Assembly (NCBI GenBank): GCA_027622665.1
Contig: JAQBYT010000010.1
Coordinates: 32,001 to 96,000, forward strand
DNA: 64,000 nt
Direction: 5' to 3'
Origin: Verrucomicrobiota bacterium
Lineage (GTDB): Bacteria; Verrucomicrobiota; Verrucomicrobiia; Opitutales; Seribacteraceae
Below are positions 8,926 to 19,000 of this stretch, in pieces (positions within the stretch are counted from its first letter, which is position 1; every line of letters starts with the position of its first letter). Below the pieces are notes generated by a model. It did no database searches and was not told where the DNA came from. It worked only from the letters and a program-made list of their open reading frames with translations. Both the position numbers and the translations under genes were made by a program.

Positions 8926-10182
8926 ATGAAGAAAATTCTAGCTAAAATCACACGTCGCGATTTCCTCGCGGCCTCCACCACTGGGGCAACAGCTTTTACG
9001 ATCGTGCCTCGTAACGTTCTTGGAGCTCCGGCAGTTCCACCGTCCGAAAAACTGGGAGGCGCCCTCATCGGTTGCGGCGGGCGAGGACCTGGCACCTACT
9101 CGGGCATGTGCAAGGATCTGAATGTTGAGCTTTTGGCCGCCTGTGACGTCGACATCCGAAAAGCCCAACGTTTCGCTGACTCTCGGAACAAAGGAAAGGC
9201 AAAAGCGTACCAAGACTTCAGACGCCTTCTGGAGCGAGACGACATCGACGTCGTCTCCATCGCCACCCCACCTCATTGGCATGCAAGCATTTCAATCGCG
9301 GCCGCTGAAGCGGGAAAAGACGTGCTTTGCGAAAAGCCCATGACGCGTTTTATAGCTGAGGGGCGAGCAGTCGTGAATACCTTCGAACGCTATGGTCGCG
9401 TGTTTCAGATCGGCACATTCGGACGTTTTGGGAGAAGTCGCGACCGAGGTTCCATAGACAAGCACAAGATAATGGCGAGCGGCCTTCTCCAGAACTGCGA
9501 AGCGGTGCGTATAAAAAAAGGCGGGCTCAAGATTAGGCAATGGAGCGGTCGCCCGGGCATTCCACCCCAAACGATTCCCGACGAACTCGACTGGGATCTC
9601 TATTGCGGCCCTTCACCGTGGAAGCCATACGAAAGTCGCCGAACCGGAGGTACTCATCGTGGTTATTGGGACTACGAAGGCGGCGGCATGTGCGACATGG
9701 GGCAACATCACTACGACCCCGAGCAGTGGACCTACGCAAAGGACCACACAAGCCCCGTGGAGATTACGCCTTTCGCCCCGCCCGCTCATCCCGAGGTAAC
9801 CGGCATGTGGGCATGGGTAGAATTAAAGTATGCCGACGGTTTTCGATTTGTTATGGAAAGTGGCGAATGGGGCCCAAAATACAACAGCAGGCCTGAACGG
9901 GACGTGAGCATGAACGATCTGTCCGCCGAGAATCAGGAAAAAATCAAGGCCATGCCCGACCCCGAACCATTGCTCTCTTTCGGAGAAGCCGTGAAGCAAA
10001 GAAAGAAAGCGGGGGGGCATCCGGAAGCCGCCCACCGGGCAGCCTGCATCCTCCATTTAGCGAATCTGTCCATACGATTGGGGCGGAAGCTCCACTACGA
10101 CCCCGACAAGGAGGTATTCGTCAACGACGATGAAGCCAATCGATTCCTCGCCCCGCCCATGAGCGCTCCTTGGCGCGTTTGA
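8926..10182 (+). CDS. Tat-exported Gfo/Idh/MocA oxidoreductase
   Basis: ATG 8926, ITRRDFL, IGCGGRG, IATPPHWHA, CEKPM, WDLYCGP, DMGQH. Confidence 0.9.
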   Translation: MKKILAKITRRDFLAASTTGATAFTIVPRNVLGAPAVPPSEKLGGALIGCGGRGPGTYSGMCKDLNVELLAACDVDIRKAQRFADSRNKGKAKAYQDFRRLLERDDIDVVSIATPPHWHASISIAAAEAGKDVLCEKPMTRFIAEGRAVVNTFERYGRVFQIGTFGRFGRSRDRGSIDKHKIMASGLLQNCEAVRIKKGGLKIRQWSGRPGIPPQTIPDELDWDLYCGPSPWKPYESRRTGGTHRGYWDYEGGGMCDMGQHHYDPEQWTYAKDHTSPVEITPFAPPAHPEVTGMWAWVELKYADGFRFVMESGEWGPKYNSRPERDVSMNDLSAENQEKIKAMPDPEPLLSFGEAVKQRKKAGGHPEAAHRAACILHLANLSIRLGRKLHYDPDKEVFVNDDEANRFLAPPMSAPWRV

Positions 10183-10219
10183 TCAAACAAAGTATTAAAC
10201 CCGCAAACCAACACCCATT

Positions 10220-11053
10220 ATGAGCGCCAAAGACATCATTAAAGCTTTCCCCACACCCGCGAGTGGGGGCATCCTCAGCACGATCGACAAAGAAGCCTGC
10301 GAAAAAGCCGTTGCTGAAATCATCGCAGGCGGAGAGAAGATCTTACGCGAACTGGTCGACCTGCTACAAGAACCCGGCAAAGGCGAAGACATACAAGTTC
10401 GGCACGCTATTAACGCCGCAGCTATCCGCGTAGGAGGTCCGACAAACAAGAAGGCTCGCAAAGCGTTCGCCCATTCCCTGGCAGGAACCCTCGCAGACGA
10501 CAGACCCAAAGCGGTCAAGGGCTTCATCCTGAGGCAACTGCAAATCTGCGCAGGACCCGAAGAAGGAAACGCCATAGCCGCCTTTCTGACCGACCCCGAT
10601 GAGCACCTCTACGAATACGCCGCACAAGCCCTCGAAGCCTTCGGCCCAGCCACTACGGAACATTTCCGCAAGGCCTACAAGAAAGCCAAGGGAGCTCCGC
10701 GGCTCACCATATTGCAAGGTCTGGGTGTGCTCCGAGACGAGAGTTCCGCACAGGTCTTCCGAGCTGCAGCAAAGGAAGATGATCTTGAGATTAGACTCTG
10801 CGGGCTATGGGGCTTGATGCGTATCGCTTCGGACGCGGACGCTGAACTGATCCTCTCTACCTCTGCAAAGGAAAAGGGCTGGGCTCGGATAAAGTCGACC
10901 GGATATTGCCTGCAACTCGCCGAGGCTCTGGCGGACAACGGCAAGAAAAAGGAAGCAAAGTCCATCTACAAGGAACTTCAAAAAACACGAGTAACCGCAA
11001 ACGAGGCTCACATTTTGAAAGCCTGTGAAATTGGCTTGTCGAAACTAGGCTAA
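10220..11053 (+). CDS. HEAT-repeat protein
   Basis: Helical repeats (FILRQLQICAG, YAAQALEAFG, TILQGLGVLRD, GLWGLMRIA); no signal peptide. Confidence 0.75.
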   Translation: MSAKDIIKAFPTPASGGILSTIDKEACEKAVAEIIAGGEKILRELVDLLQEPGKGEDIQVRHAINAAAIRVGGPTNKKARKAFAHSLAGTLADDRPKAVKGFILRQLQICAGPEEGNAIAAFLTDPDEHLYEYAAQALEAFGPATTEHFRKAYKKAKGAPRLTILQGLGVLRDESSAQVFRAAAKEDDLEIRLCGLWGLMRIASDADAELILSTSAKEKGWARIKSTGYCLQLAEALADNGKKKEAKSIYKELQKTRVTANEAHILKACEIGLSKLG

Positions 11054-11073
11054 ACGCCAAGGAGATTACAACC

Positions 11074-11799
11074 ATGGACACATCCATTCGTTTTCTCACT
11101 ATCGTGGCAACGACCACTCTCATGATGGGCCTTGGAGCCTTGGCAAAGAAGGACAAAGGCTTTGTCAGTCTATTCAACGGCAAGGATCTGAAAGGCTGGA
11201 AGACACCTGCCGGCACCCATGCGTGGAAAGTCATCGATGGAGTGATCGATTACGAAGCCAAGGGCGGGAACTTAGTTACCGAGAAAAGTTTTGGCGATTA
11301 TACCCTGAGGCTGGACTGGCGCTTCAAACGAACGGCCGGCCCTCCCTACAACGCCAAGATCTTCGACGCAGAGGGTAATCAAAAGAAGGGCAAGGACGGC
11401 AAACCCATGACCAAACCCGTTAAGAACGCGGACTCGGGTATTTTCGTGCGCGGCTCGGGAAACTCACAGGTAAATCTCTGGTGCTGGCCTTGCGGTTCGG
11501 GTCACTTGTGGGCCTTTCACCAGAGCGATAACCCATCCATTCGCAAAGGAGCTATGCCCAAATTGAATGCCGACAAACCAGTGGGTGAATGGAACGAAAT
11601 GGAAATCACCATGAAGGGAGAAACGGCCACCGTGATCATGAACGAAAAAACGGTAATCGACCGATCGGAAATGCCCGGCGTGGGTACCAAGGGTCCCATA
11701 GTGCTGCAACACCATGGGGGTTACGACGAGAAGAACAAGACATGGAGCTCCGCCTCCGCACTCATCCAGTTCCGTAATATCAAAATCAAGGCACTTTAA
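11074..11799 (+). CDS. DUF1080 / 3-keto-disaccharide hydrolase family protein, secreted
   Basis: Signal peptide; GFVSLFNGKDLKGW, DYTLRLDW, DSGIFVRG, KPVGEWN, GPIVLQHHG, FRNIKIK. Confidence 0.9.
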   Translation: MDTSIRFLTIVATTTLMMGLGALAKKDKGFVSLFNGKDLKGWKTPAGTHAWKVIDGVIDYEAKGGNLVTEKSFGDYTLRLDWRFKRTAGPPYNAKIFDAEGNQKKGKDGKPMTKPVKNADSGIFVRGSGNSQVNLWCWPCGSGHLWAFHQSDNPSIRKGAMPKLNADKPVGEWNEMEITMKGETATVIMNEKTVIDRSEMPGVGTKGPIVLQHHGGYDEKNKTWSSASALIQFRNIKIKAL

Positions 11800-11819
11800 A
11801 AACGAGATTTGTCTCGTTT
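11800..11819 (+). terminator. Short hairpin after the DUF1080 stop (possible terminator)
   Basis: AAACGAGA-TTTG-TCTCGTTT, a perfect 8-bp stem; only a weak U-tail. Confidence 0.35.
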
Positions 11820-11853
11820 CTAAGCTATTCCGAAATCTTGTTACCGATCGACT

Positions 11854-13110
11854 ATGAATAAACTTCTTCCTCTTGCTATATGTTCGTTATTTCTTGGGAA
11901 TGCCACTCTTCATGCAAAGCCTTCCTATTGGAATCAATTTCGTGGTTCCAACGGAGATGGAGACGCAGGTGACGCCATTTTGCCTCTGGTATTTAATGAA
12001 GGTCATCCAAACATAACCTGGAAAACGCCGGTAACGGGGAAGGCATGGTCTTCGCCAGTGATTCGGGACGGGATGGTCTGGCTGACGAATGCCTTGCTTG
12101 ACGGGCAGAAAATGTGGGCCGTTTGTCTCGATTTCGAAACAGGAAAAATGCTTCACGAGACTCTGGTGTTCGAGAACGGAAAACCACAATTTTGTCACAA
12201 TATGAACAGCTATGCCACACCCACTCCTGTGATTGAGGGTGGACGCGTCTTCGTTCACTTCGGTACGCACGGGACAGCGGCACTCGATGCCAAAACGGGT
12301 AAGAAGCTTTGGGAGAGGCGGGATTTCAAATGCAACCACCACAGAGGTGCCGCCGCCTCACCCATCCCGTTCGAGAAATCTCTCATCGTTCACTTCGACG
12401 GGTTCGACCTCCAATACGTGGTCAGTCTCAGCCAAGATACGGGCGAAACGCTATGGCGTAAGAATCGCGCCTTCGACTTCGGAACCAACAACGGCGACAA
12501 TAAAAAGGCGTACTGCACGCCATCGGTTATAAAACATAAGGATCGCTTGGAACTGATTAGTCCGGCGGCGGCGGCCACGGAATCCCGCAACCCTCGCACG
12601 GGCGAACTCTTTTGGACTGCGCGAACGGGCGGCATGAACAGTTCCTCACGCCCCATCTATCGCGATGGGCTAGTATACGTATTCAATGGAATGGGCTCGA
12701 TATCAGCCATCAAGCCTGGAGGGACGGGAGACGTCGACAAGACCCACATTGCATGGGCACGGCGGAAGGTCGTCGCAAAAAAATCGTCGCCTTTGCTTCT
12801 CGACGGGCTCCTATACATGACCTCCGACGAAGGCGTTGCATCCTGTTCGAACCCGCAAACAGGTGAGATCATATGGGCGGAACGTTTAGGCGGAAAGGGT
12901 CAATACGCCGCATCCCCCATCCATGCAAACGGTCATATCTACTTTTCATCCAGTGAAGGAGATTTTCCCGTGCTGAAAGCTGGACGGAAATTCGAAATAA
13001 TATCGCGCAACAAACTTGATGCGGGATGCATGGCCTCTCCCGCCATTGTGGGAAATGCATTGGTAATTCGAACGAAAACCCATGTTTACCGAATCGAGAA
13101 AAGTTCGTAA
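11854..13110 (+). CDS. PQQ-like (BamB-like) beta-propeller repeat protein, secreted
   Basis: Signal peptide; WNQFRG, WKTPVTGKAWSSPVI, NSYATPTPV, TGKKLWER, MASPAIVGNALVIRT. Confidence 0.85.
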   Translation: MNKLLPLAICSLFLGNATLHAKPSYWNQFRGSNGDGDAGDAILPLVFNEGHPNITWKTPVTGKAWSSPVIRDGMVWLTNALLDGQKMWAVCLDFETGKMLHETLVFENGKPQFCHNMNSYATPTPVIEGGRVFVHFGTHGTAALDAKTGKKLWERRDFKCNHHRGAAASPIPFEKSLIVHFDGFDLQYVVSLSQDTGETLWRKNRAFDFGTNNGDNKKAYCTPSVIKHKDRLELISPAAAATESRNPRTGELFWTARTGGMNSSSRPIYRDGLVYVFNGMGSISAIKPGGTGDVDKTHIAWARRKVVAKKSSPLLLDGLLYMTSDEGVASCSNPQTGEIIWAERLGGKGQYAASPIHANGHIYFSSSEGDFPVLKAGRKFEIISRNKLDAGCMASPAIVGNALVIRTKTHVYRIEKSS

Positions 13111-13180
13111 TTAAGCGGCGAAACCCTGACACTTGTTTTTGGCCGACAACCATCAAGTTCCGACAAACAATCCAACGACT

Positions 13181-14701
13181 ATGAAACCACTCATCGCCCT
13201 CGTCATCACCTTAACCATCAGCTCTACCCTAAAAGCTGAACTGAACTATGAAGCCGTTTCCGACTGGATTAAACTGCCTGAAGGTCGGGAGAACATTGGC
13301 AACATGCACGGCGACGTCGCGGTTAGCTCTGCCGGAGAAATATACGTAAGCGTTCAAGATCCCAAAGCGGGGTTACAAGTATACAGCGCCGACGGAAAAT
13401 GGATTCGGAACGTTAAGGGAGCCCCAAACGACTTTCACGGTTTTGTCATCCGAAAACAAGAAGACGGCGAATTCCTATACGGACCGCGCCTCGGTGGAGG
13501 CGAAATTCTAAAAATGACGCTGGACGGCGAGATAAAGCTACGAATCCCCGCCTCCGCGATTCCGGACAAGTACAAAAAAGGGGGACTTGTTCGCTTAACC
13601 GGCATGGACGTAGCCCCGAACGGCGACCTCTTTGTAGTGGACGGTTATTCCTCCGACTACATTCACCACTTCGACAAAACCGGCAAGCACCTCGCTTCCT
13701 TTGGCGGCAAGGGCGAACCCTACAAATTCCGCACCCTCCACAAGATCGCGATCGACACGCGTTTCGATCCCCCTCGCATAATCGGTACGGACCGGGCCAA
13801 CATGAGAGCAGTGCACTTGTCGCTCGACGGAAAGTTTCTCGGAGTGATCGCCAAAGACCTTCTTCTGCCCGCCTGCGTAGCAATCCAAGGGGACCTTGCC
13901 GCCATTGGCGAAATCAAGGGACGCGTCAGCTTGCTCGATAAATCGGGCAAGGTGGTTAAGCAATTGGGACACAACAAAAACGCCAAGGAAGTCGGTACCA
14001 ACCGCACTCCGAAATCCGCTTGGCGCACTGGTTTCGTGACCGCTCCCCATGGCGTGGCATTCAACGCATCCGGCGACGTAATAGTCGCTGAATACAGTAA
14101 TGCCGGGCGCGTTCATCGCTTCAAGAATCTGAACGGTTCCTCGGACAAGACCTCTGGCACGAGCGAACAAGACCTCAAACCCATCCTCGGGAAAGACCTC
14201 GCCAACTGGCAAGTGCCCTCGGGCAACGACAAAGCGGGATGGTACAAGGTAAATAACGGAGTCTTGGAAATTCGAAACGGACCCAAGAAAAAAGGCTCCA
14301 TCCTATGGACGAAAAAGAACTATCGGAATTTCGTGATGGAATTCGACTTCCGCTTCGGCGAAGGCACGGTCGACTCCGGGATCCACGTTCGCAACCAAGA
14401 CCAAATTCAAATCGGAATTTCCGGATCTCTCAAACGCGACATGACTGGCTCCCCATACATTCCCGGCAAAGGCTATCCGGTCGAGGCGAAGAACATCAAG
14501 AAGCTCCTCAAGGCGAAGGAATGGAACACCATGCGCATCCGGGCCATCGGCAATCAATATACGGTTTGGTTACAGGGCGAAGAGGTAATGACCTACAAGT
14601 CCGGTTCGGCAAAGGAGGAAGGTCCCATCGGCATCCAGTTGCACGGCGGGCGTATCATGGGAATCGACTTCCGCAACATGAAGGTCGCCGAACTCCCTTG
14701 A
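13181..14701 (+). CDS. NHL-repeat propeller fused to a DUF1080 domain, secreted
   Basis: ATG 13181 with signal peptide. NHL motifs HGDVAVSSAGEIYV, VAPNGDLFVVDGY, APHGVAFNASGDVIVAE; linker; DUF1080 motifs DSGIHVR, EWNTMRI, GPIGIQLH, FRNMKV. Confidence 0.8.
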   Translation: MKPLIALVITLTISSTLKAELNYEAVSDWIKLPEGRENIGNMHGDVAVSSAGEIYVSVQDPKAGLQVYSADGKWIRNVKGAPNDFHGFVIRKQEDGEFLYGPRLGGGEILKMTLDGEIKLRIPASAIPDKYKKGGLVRLTGMDVAPNGDLFVVDGYSSDYIHHFDKTGKHLASFGGKGEPYKFRTLHKIAIDTRFDPPRIIGTDRANMRAVHLSLDGKFLGVIAKDLLLPACVAIQGDLAAIGEIKGRVSLLDKSGKVVKQLGHNKNAKEVGTNRTPKSAWRTGFVTAPHGVAFNASGDVIVAEYSNAGRVHRFKNLNGSSDKTSGTSEQDLKPILGKDLANWQVPSGNDKAGWYKVNNGVLEIRNGPKKKGSILWTKKNYRNFVMEFDFRFGEGTVDSGIHVRNQDQIQIGISGSLKRDMTGSPYIPGKGYPVEAKNIKKLLKAKEWNTMRIRAIGNQYTVWLQGEEVMTYKSGSAKEEGPIGIQLHGGRIMGIDFRNMKVAELP

Positions 14702-14810
14702 ATGCCACCTATTCCGCTTCGGCAGTATGACGTGGATTAGGGCTGACCGGGTAATAGAAGACCGCATAGTGGAGAAGTGATGAACTTCGCTTCTTAACCC
14801 ATTACCTTTT

Positions 14811-15950
14811 ATGGCCAAGCTATCCGCCGTCGCCAAACTCCTGCGAGACCTCGTAGCCCTACCCAGCGTAAACCCGGCTTTTCTCCCCAACGATTCCGAG
14901 CGCACGGGCGAGGAAAGAATCGCCTCATATTTAACCGACCTTGCCCGCAAACAAGGCCTCGAGATTTCTCGGCAAAACGTTCTGCCCGGACGCAAAAACC
15001 TGTTCGTGCGGCTAAAACCTACAGGCAAGGTAAGGCGTCGCATCGTCCTCGCCCCCCACCTCGACGTAGTACCCGCCGAGGACAAGCAATTTACTCCGCG
15101 AGTGAGGAACGGTCGCCTGCATGGCCGCGGTGCCTGCGACACAAAGGGTTCCGTCGCCGCCTTCTTTCATGCCCTACTTGAACTGGCCAAAGGCAAGAAC
15201 CGCCCGGCGGAAACTGAAATTCTGTTTGTGGGATTAGTCGACGAAGAGTATGGGCAATCAGGTTCTCGCATCTTTGGGGAACGAGGACCTAAGGCCGATC
15301 TAGCGATTGCGGGCGAACCCACCCAGCTGCAGGTCGTGACCGCCCACAAGGGAAACCTCTGGCTACGATTCGAGACCCGGGGGAAAGCCGCCCATGGAGC
15401 CACTCCTCACCTCGGCAAAAGCGCCATCCATAAAATGGCTCGCATCACAGAAGTACTTCTCACCGAGTACGCCGATGAACTCAGAAAGCGAACGCACCCC
15501 CTGCTCGGTCATCCGAGCATAAACATAGGAACAATAAAAGGGGGTAGCCAAACCAACGTCGTACCCGAACGTTGCAGTATAGAGATCGACCGACGAACCT
15601 TGCCCAGCGAAACCGAGGAATCCGTCTTCAAAGAAATCAATCGCATTCTGGCCAAACGAAAACTCAAGGTAGTGAACCCGCAGGAGTCGCGCGGCGTACC
15701 CTGCCCACCACTGGAAACCAATCCGGAGCTCCCTATCGTCCGGAAATTCCTAAAAGCCGCCAAACGCCGCAAACCCAAAGGAGTCGATTACTTCACCGAC
15801 GCCTCACCCATCGCCATGGGCGGAACTCCCGCCATCGTCTTCGGTCCCGGCGACATAGCCCAAGCCCACTCCGCCGACGAATGGATCGACCTTGACCAAC
15901 TCGATCAAGCCTCCGCCGTTATTCTACGCTTCCTGTATGAGCAGCCTTAA
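14811..15950 (+). CDS. M20 metallohydrolase (ArgE/DapE-like)
   Basis: HLDVVP, GRGACDTKG, DEE, GEPT, GKAAHG, FGPGDIAQAHSADE. Confidence 0.9.
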   Translation: MAKLSAVAKLLRDLVALPSVNPAFLPNDSERTGEERIASYLTDLARKQGLEISRQNVLPGRKNLFVRLKPTGKVRRRIVLAPHLDVVPAEDKQFTPRVRNGRLHGRGACDTKGSVAAFFHALLELAKGKNRPAETEILFVGLVDEEYGQSGSRIFGERGPKADLAIAGEPTQLQVVTAHKGNLWLRFETRGKAAHGATPHLGKSAIHKMARITEVLLTEYADELRKRTHPLLGHPSINIGTIKGGSQTNVVPERCSIEIDRRTLPSETEESVFKEINRILAKRKLKVVNPQESRGVPCPPLETNPELPIVRKFLKAAKRRKPKGVDYFTDASPIAMGGTPAIVFGPGDIAQAHSADEWIDLDQLDQASAVILRFLYEQP

Positions 15951-16052
15951 TGGATGGGGAGTCTGAAGATCGAATGGTAGTGACTGTGGCAAAGTACTTG
16001 CGCCAACAGGTAAAGACCTCTTAGGTTATTATTAAATAAATCCTTAGGAAAT

Positions 16053-19000
16053 TTGCCCACGAATCATACCAAGCCAGTAAAACGGGCTCATAACAACCGT
16101 CGAGGTTTCGCACTTGTACTTGCCTTGGCTCTTATGAGCCTTGTCTTTTTATTGGTGGTCACTCTTATCACCCAAGTTGGCGCCGAGTTGCGATTAACGG
16201 AGTTACGCAAACAAAAGGTTTTGGCTGCAGGTAATGCACGCATGGGCCTCATGGTGGCTATTGGGGAACTACAGAAACACGCCGGTCTGGATACCCGGTC
16301 GACGGGGACTGCGAGCTTACTGGACGACGATCCCAGCACACCGGAACTGGAAAAAGTCGCGAATCCTTATTGGACGGGCATATGGAAGAGACAGTCAGCC
16401 CCCCCCCTCTCGCCCAAGAACTTGGAAAGTAGTTCCATGGCTCCCAAAGTAGACAAAGATGGGAATTTACTAGGAGATCCTCCCGACGTCATGTACGACT
16501 CGGAATTCGATGATCACCCGGCCAACGAAGTCGCTTGGCTGGTGAGTGGAAACGAAGGCAAAAAATTTCAGGGCAAAAGACGGCACCAGTGGCTTCACGA
16601 CGATGATGAAACAGACGACCAATATCGCAGTCGAATTAGGGAAGACAAAGACAGTGACGGAAAGCCGGACTACTTCCACCCTGTTTTCGACGACGTGCCC
16701 GACCCTGACTCCAGTGGTTCGGAAAGCGTTTGGATCGTGAACAACTCGGTACTCGATCCGGAAAACATAGATCCGGTTTTGTACGGCAAGGTTAAGGTCA
16801 TGAAGACGGAGATGACGCTGGACCACTCTCAAATCGTGCCACCTTCAAATTCATCTCCAACCGGTTCCCCCGGTTCTCCGCCGATCTCTTCACCGAATAA
16901 CCAAAGGTCGGCGGGGGCATATGCCTATTGGGTCGGAGACGAAGGGGTGAAAACAAAAGCAAACGTAGTGAACCCCCATAAAGATGCAGATATTTCATCG
17001 AATTACGGGGCAGCGGAAAGCAACCTGATTGTCTCGCCAGAACCGAACTTAAAGGATGGTCACGACTTAGTTGTCGATCCCGCCTATGACGAAAACCGCA
17101 GGAAAGTTATCAATCTTACGGACATTGACAATCTCTCACCAACATACGCAGGCCAAGGACAACTCACCGGATCTGACGACGAACAACTCAAGTATAGGTT
17201 TCACACTCTAACCACCCATTCCGCAGGTATACTGTCCGACGTATCCCATGGCGGCTTAAAACGGGACCTTACGGGCTACTTTGGAAAACCCGACGATGAC
17301 TGGACTTTAATACGGAATCCCGATGGAACCAATATTAAAGGCGACGGAGAAATGAACGAGCTTCCACTTTTTCACGAACAAGTGCACTACCTTAAGGAAT
17401 TCGCCGCAGGAACGGACAAAGCAAATTTCTGGCGCTACGGGAATGACGCTCCCATTGATTCAAAAAACGGCTTCATGTTTGGCCCGATGTGGAACGTATT
17501 GAGAGACTACTATAAATTGTACGAGCATTTCTCAGGCAACGATCCTTATGGGATGTCAGTTCCTCCCGAAGCCCCCGATCGCTTCCCACAACGCGTAGGG
17601 GATCATTTCGTGACTTTTGACTCTCGCCCCGGAAACAAAGGCGGATCAAGCGGAAATACGATGCAGCCTTATCTTAGGCATCATCCCAAGTTTTCCCAAT
17701 ACGGACCGAATTCCTACAATATGGCACATCGGCGAGAAGAGCCGTCGAATCATCCCATTGGTCCGGTTCTGGTCGAGCTTCAACACAGGCAAATAATCTA
17801 CACCGCGCAAGCGGGAACCGACTCCACGCTTCGCTTGGCGATCATGCCAACTTTTGCCCTGTGGAATCCATATAACGTAAAGCTTTCGGCTGCTAGATAT
17901 CAAATGGAGTACAAAATGAGAGATTGTACAATCGCCGCCTACAACACCAAGGAACGTGAAATCTTTTACAAATGGAGCATCCACAGTCAACGTAATGCGG
18001 CTCTCCACCCCAATCCAAGATACACTATACACCGTGAGCGAGCTCGAGATATAGATAAAAACGGGAATTACTATGGCTTCTGGGGGTTGGACCAGTATAA
18101 TTGGGGTGACCCCCACGCGGGAGGCGAACCGTACATGGACATCAACCTCAACAGTCGCTTCGACCCCGGCGAACCATTCGAAGATAAGAACGGAAACGGC
18201 TCCCACGATGGCGGGGGGGGAGCCAATGACGAATGGAGGACCGTAGAACATCGGTTGTGGCACGAGGACATGAGTCGAAGATATGGCAATAAGGACGACC
18301 TCAATGGTTCGGACTGGATCACCAATGTGGTTAGAAACGAGCTGATGCCGGGACCATTAAACAAAGCTATCTCCGATAATTTTCTTGATTTCCGAACGCG
18401 TAATGAACCAGGTACTTTTCCGACCTTCATGCCCTATGTCGACAACCAGAACCGCGTGCAGCACTTCCAGCCTTACAGATCCGACCCGACCGAGGGCGGA
18501 GGGGGAAATCCTAATCTTCCTCTAAAATTACTAACGGAACTCATTTCTTTCGAACCAGGTCAAAAATTGTTGTTTTGCGTAGAGCCCGGTCCCAACCGCT
18601 ATCAACCGGGAACCACCATCAACATGGTAAATCATCACGGCAGCTCCCCCCTCCATCACGTCTACTTCGAGGGAGACGCCTCCCGATTCAGTATTCCCGG
18701 AAACGACCCCATTACCATCCGGCATGTCGCACATGGAGCTGAAGGTTTCAACCGGGGGGATTCTGAACAATCGCACAACGCAATCATAAGCCAACCCCAG
18801 CTCCTAGCTAAGGGAATCGTGCTATACTTGATGGACGGTAGCGTGAGACGGCCGCTACAGAAGGTTAACAAAGAATTCGGCGGCGACATCCAACTCTGGA
18901 GAGATGACTATCGGCAAGCCAATGATCTCGCACAGAGCAAGCTTCCCCAGAGAATCGCGAGTGGGGAAGGCTTGGGATATAGGATTCGTCGCAAAATATC

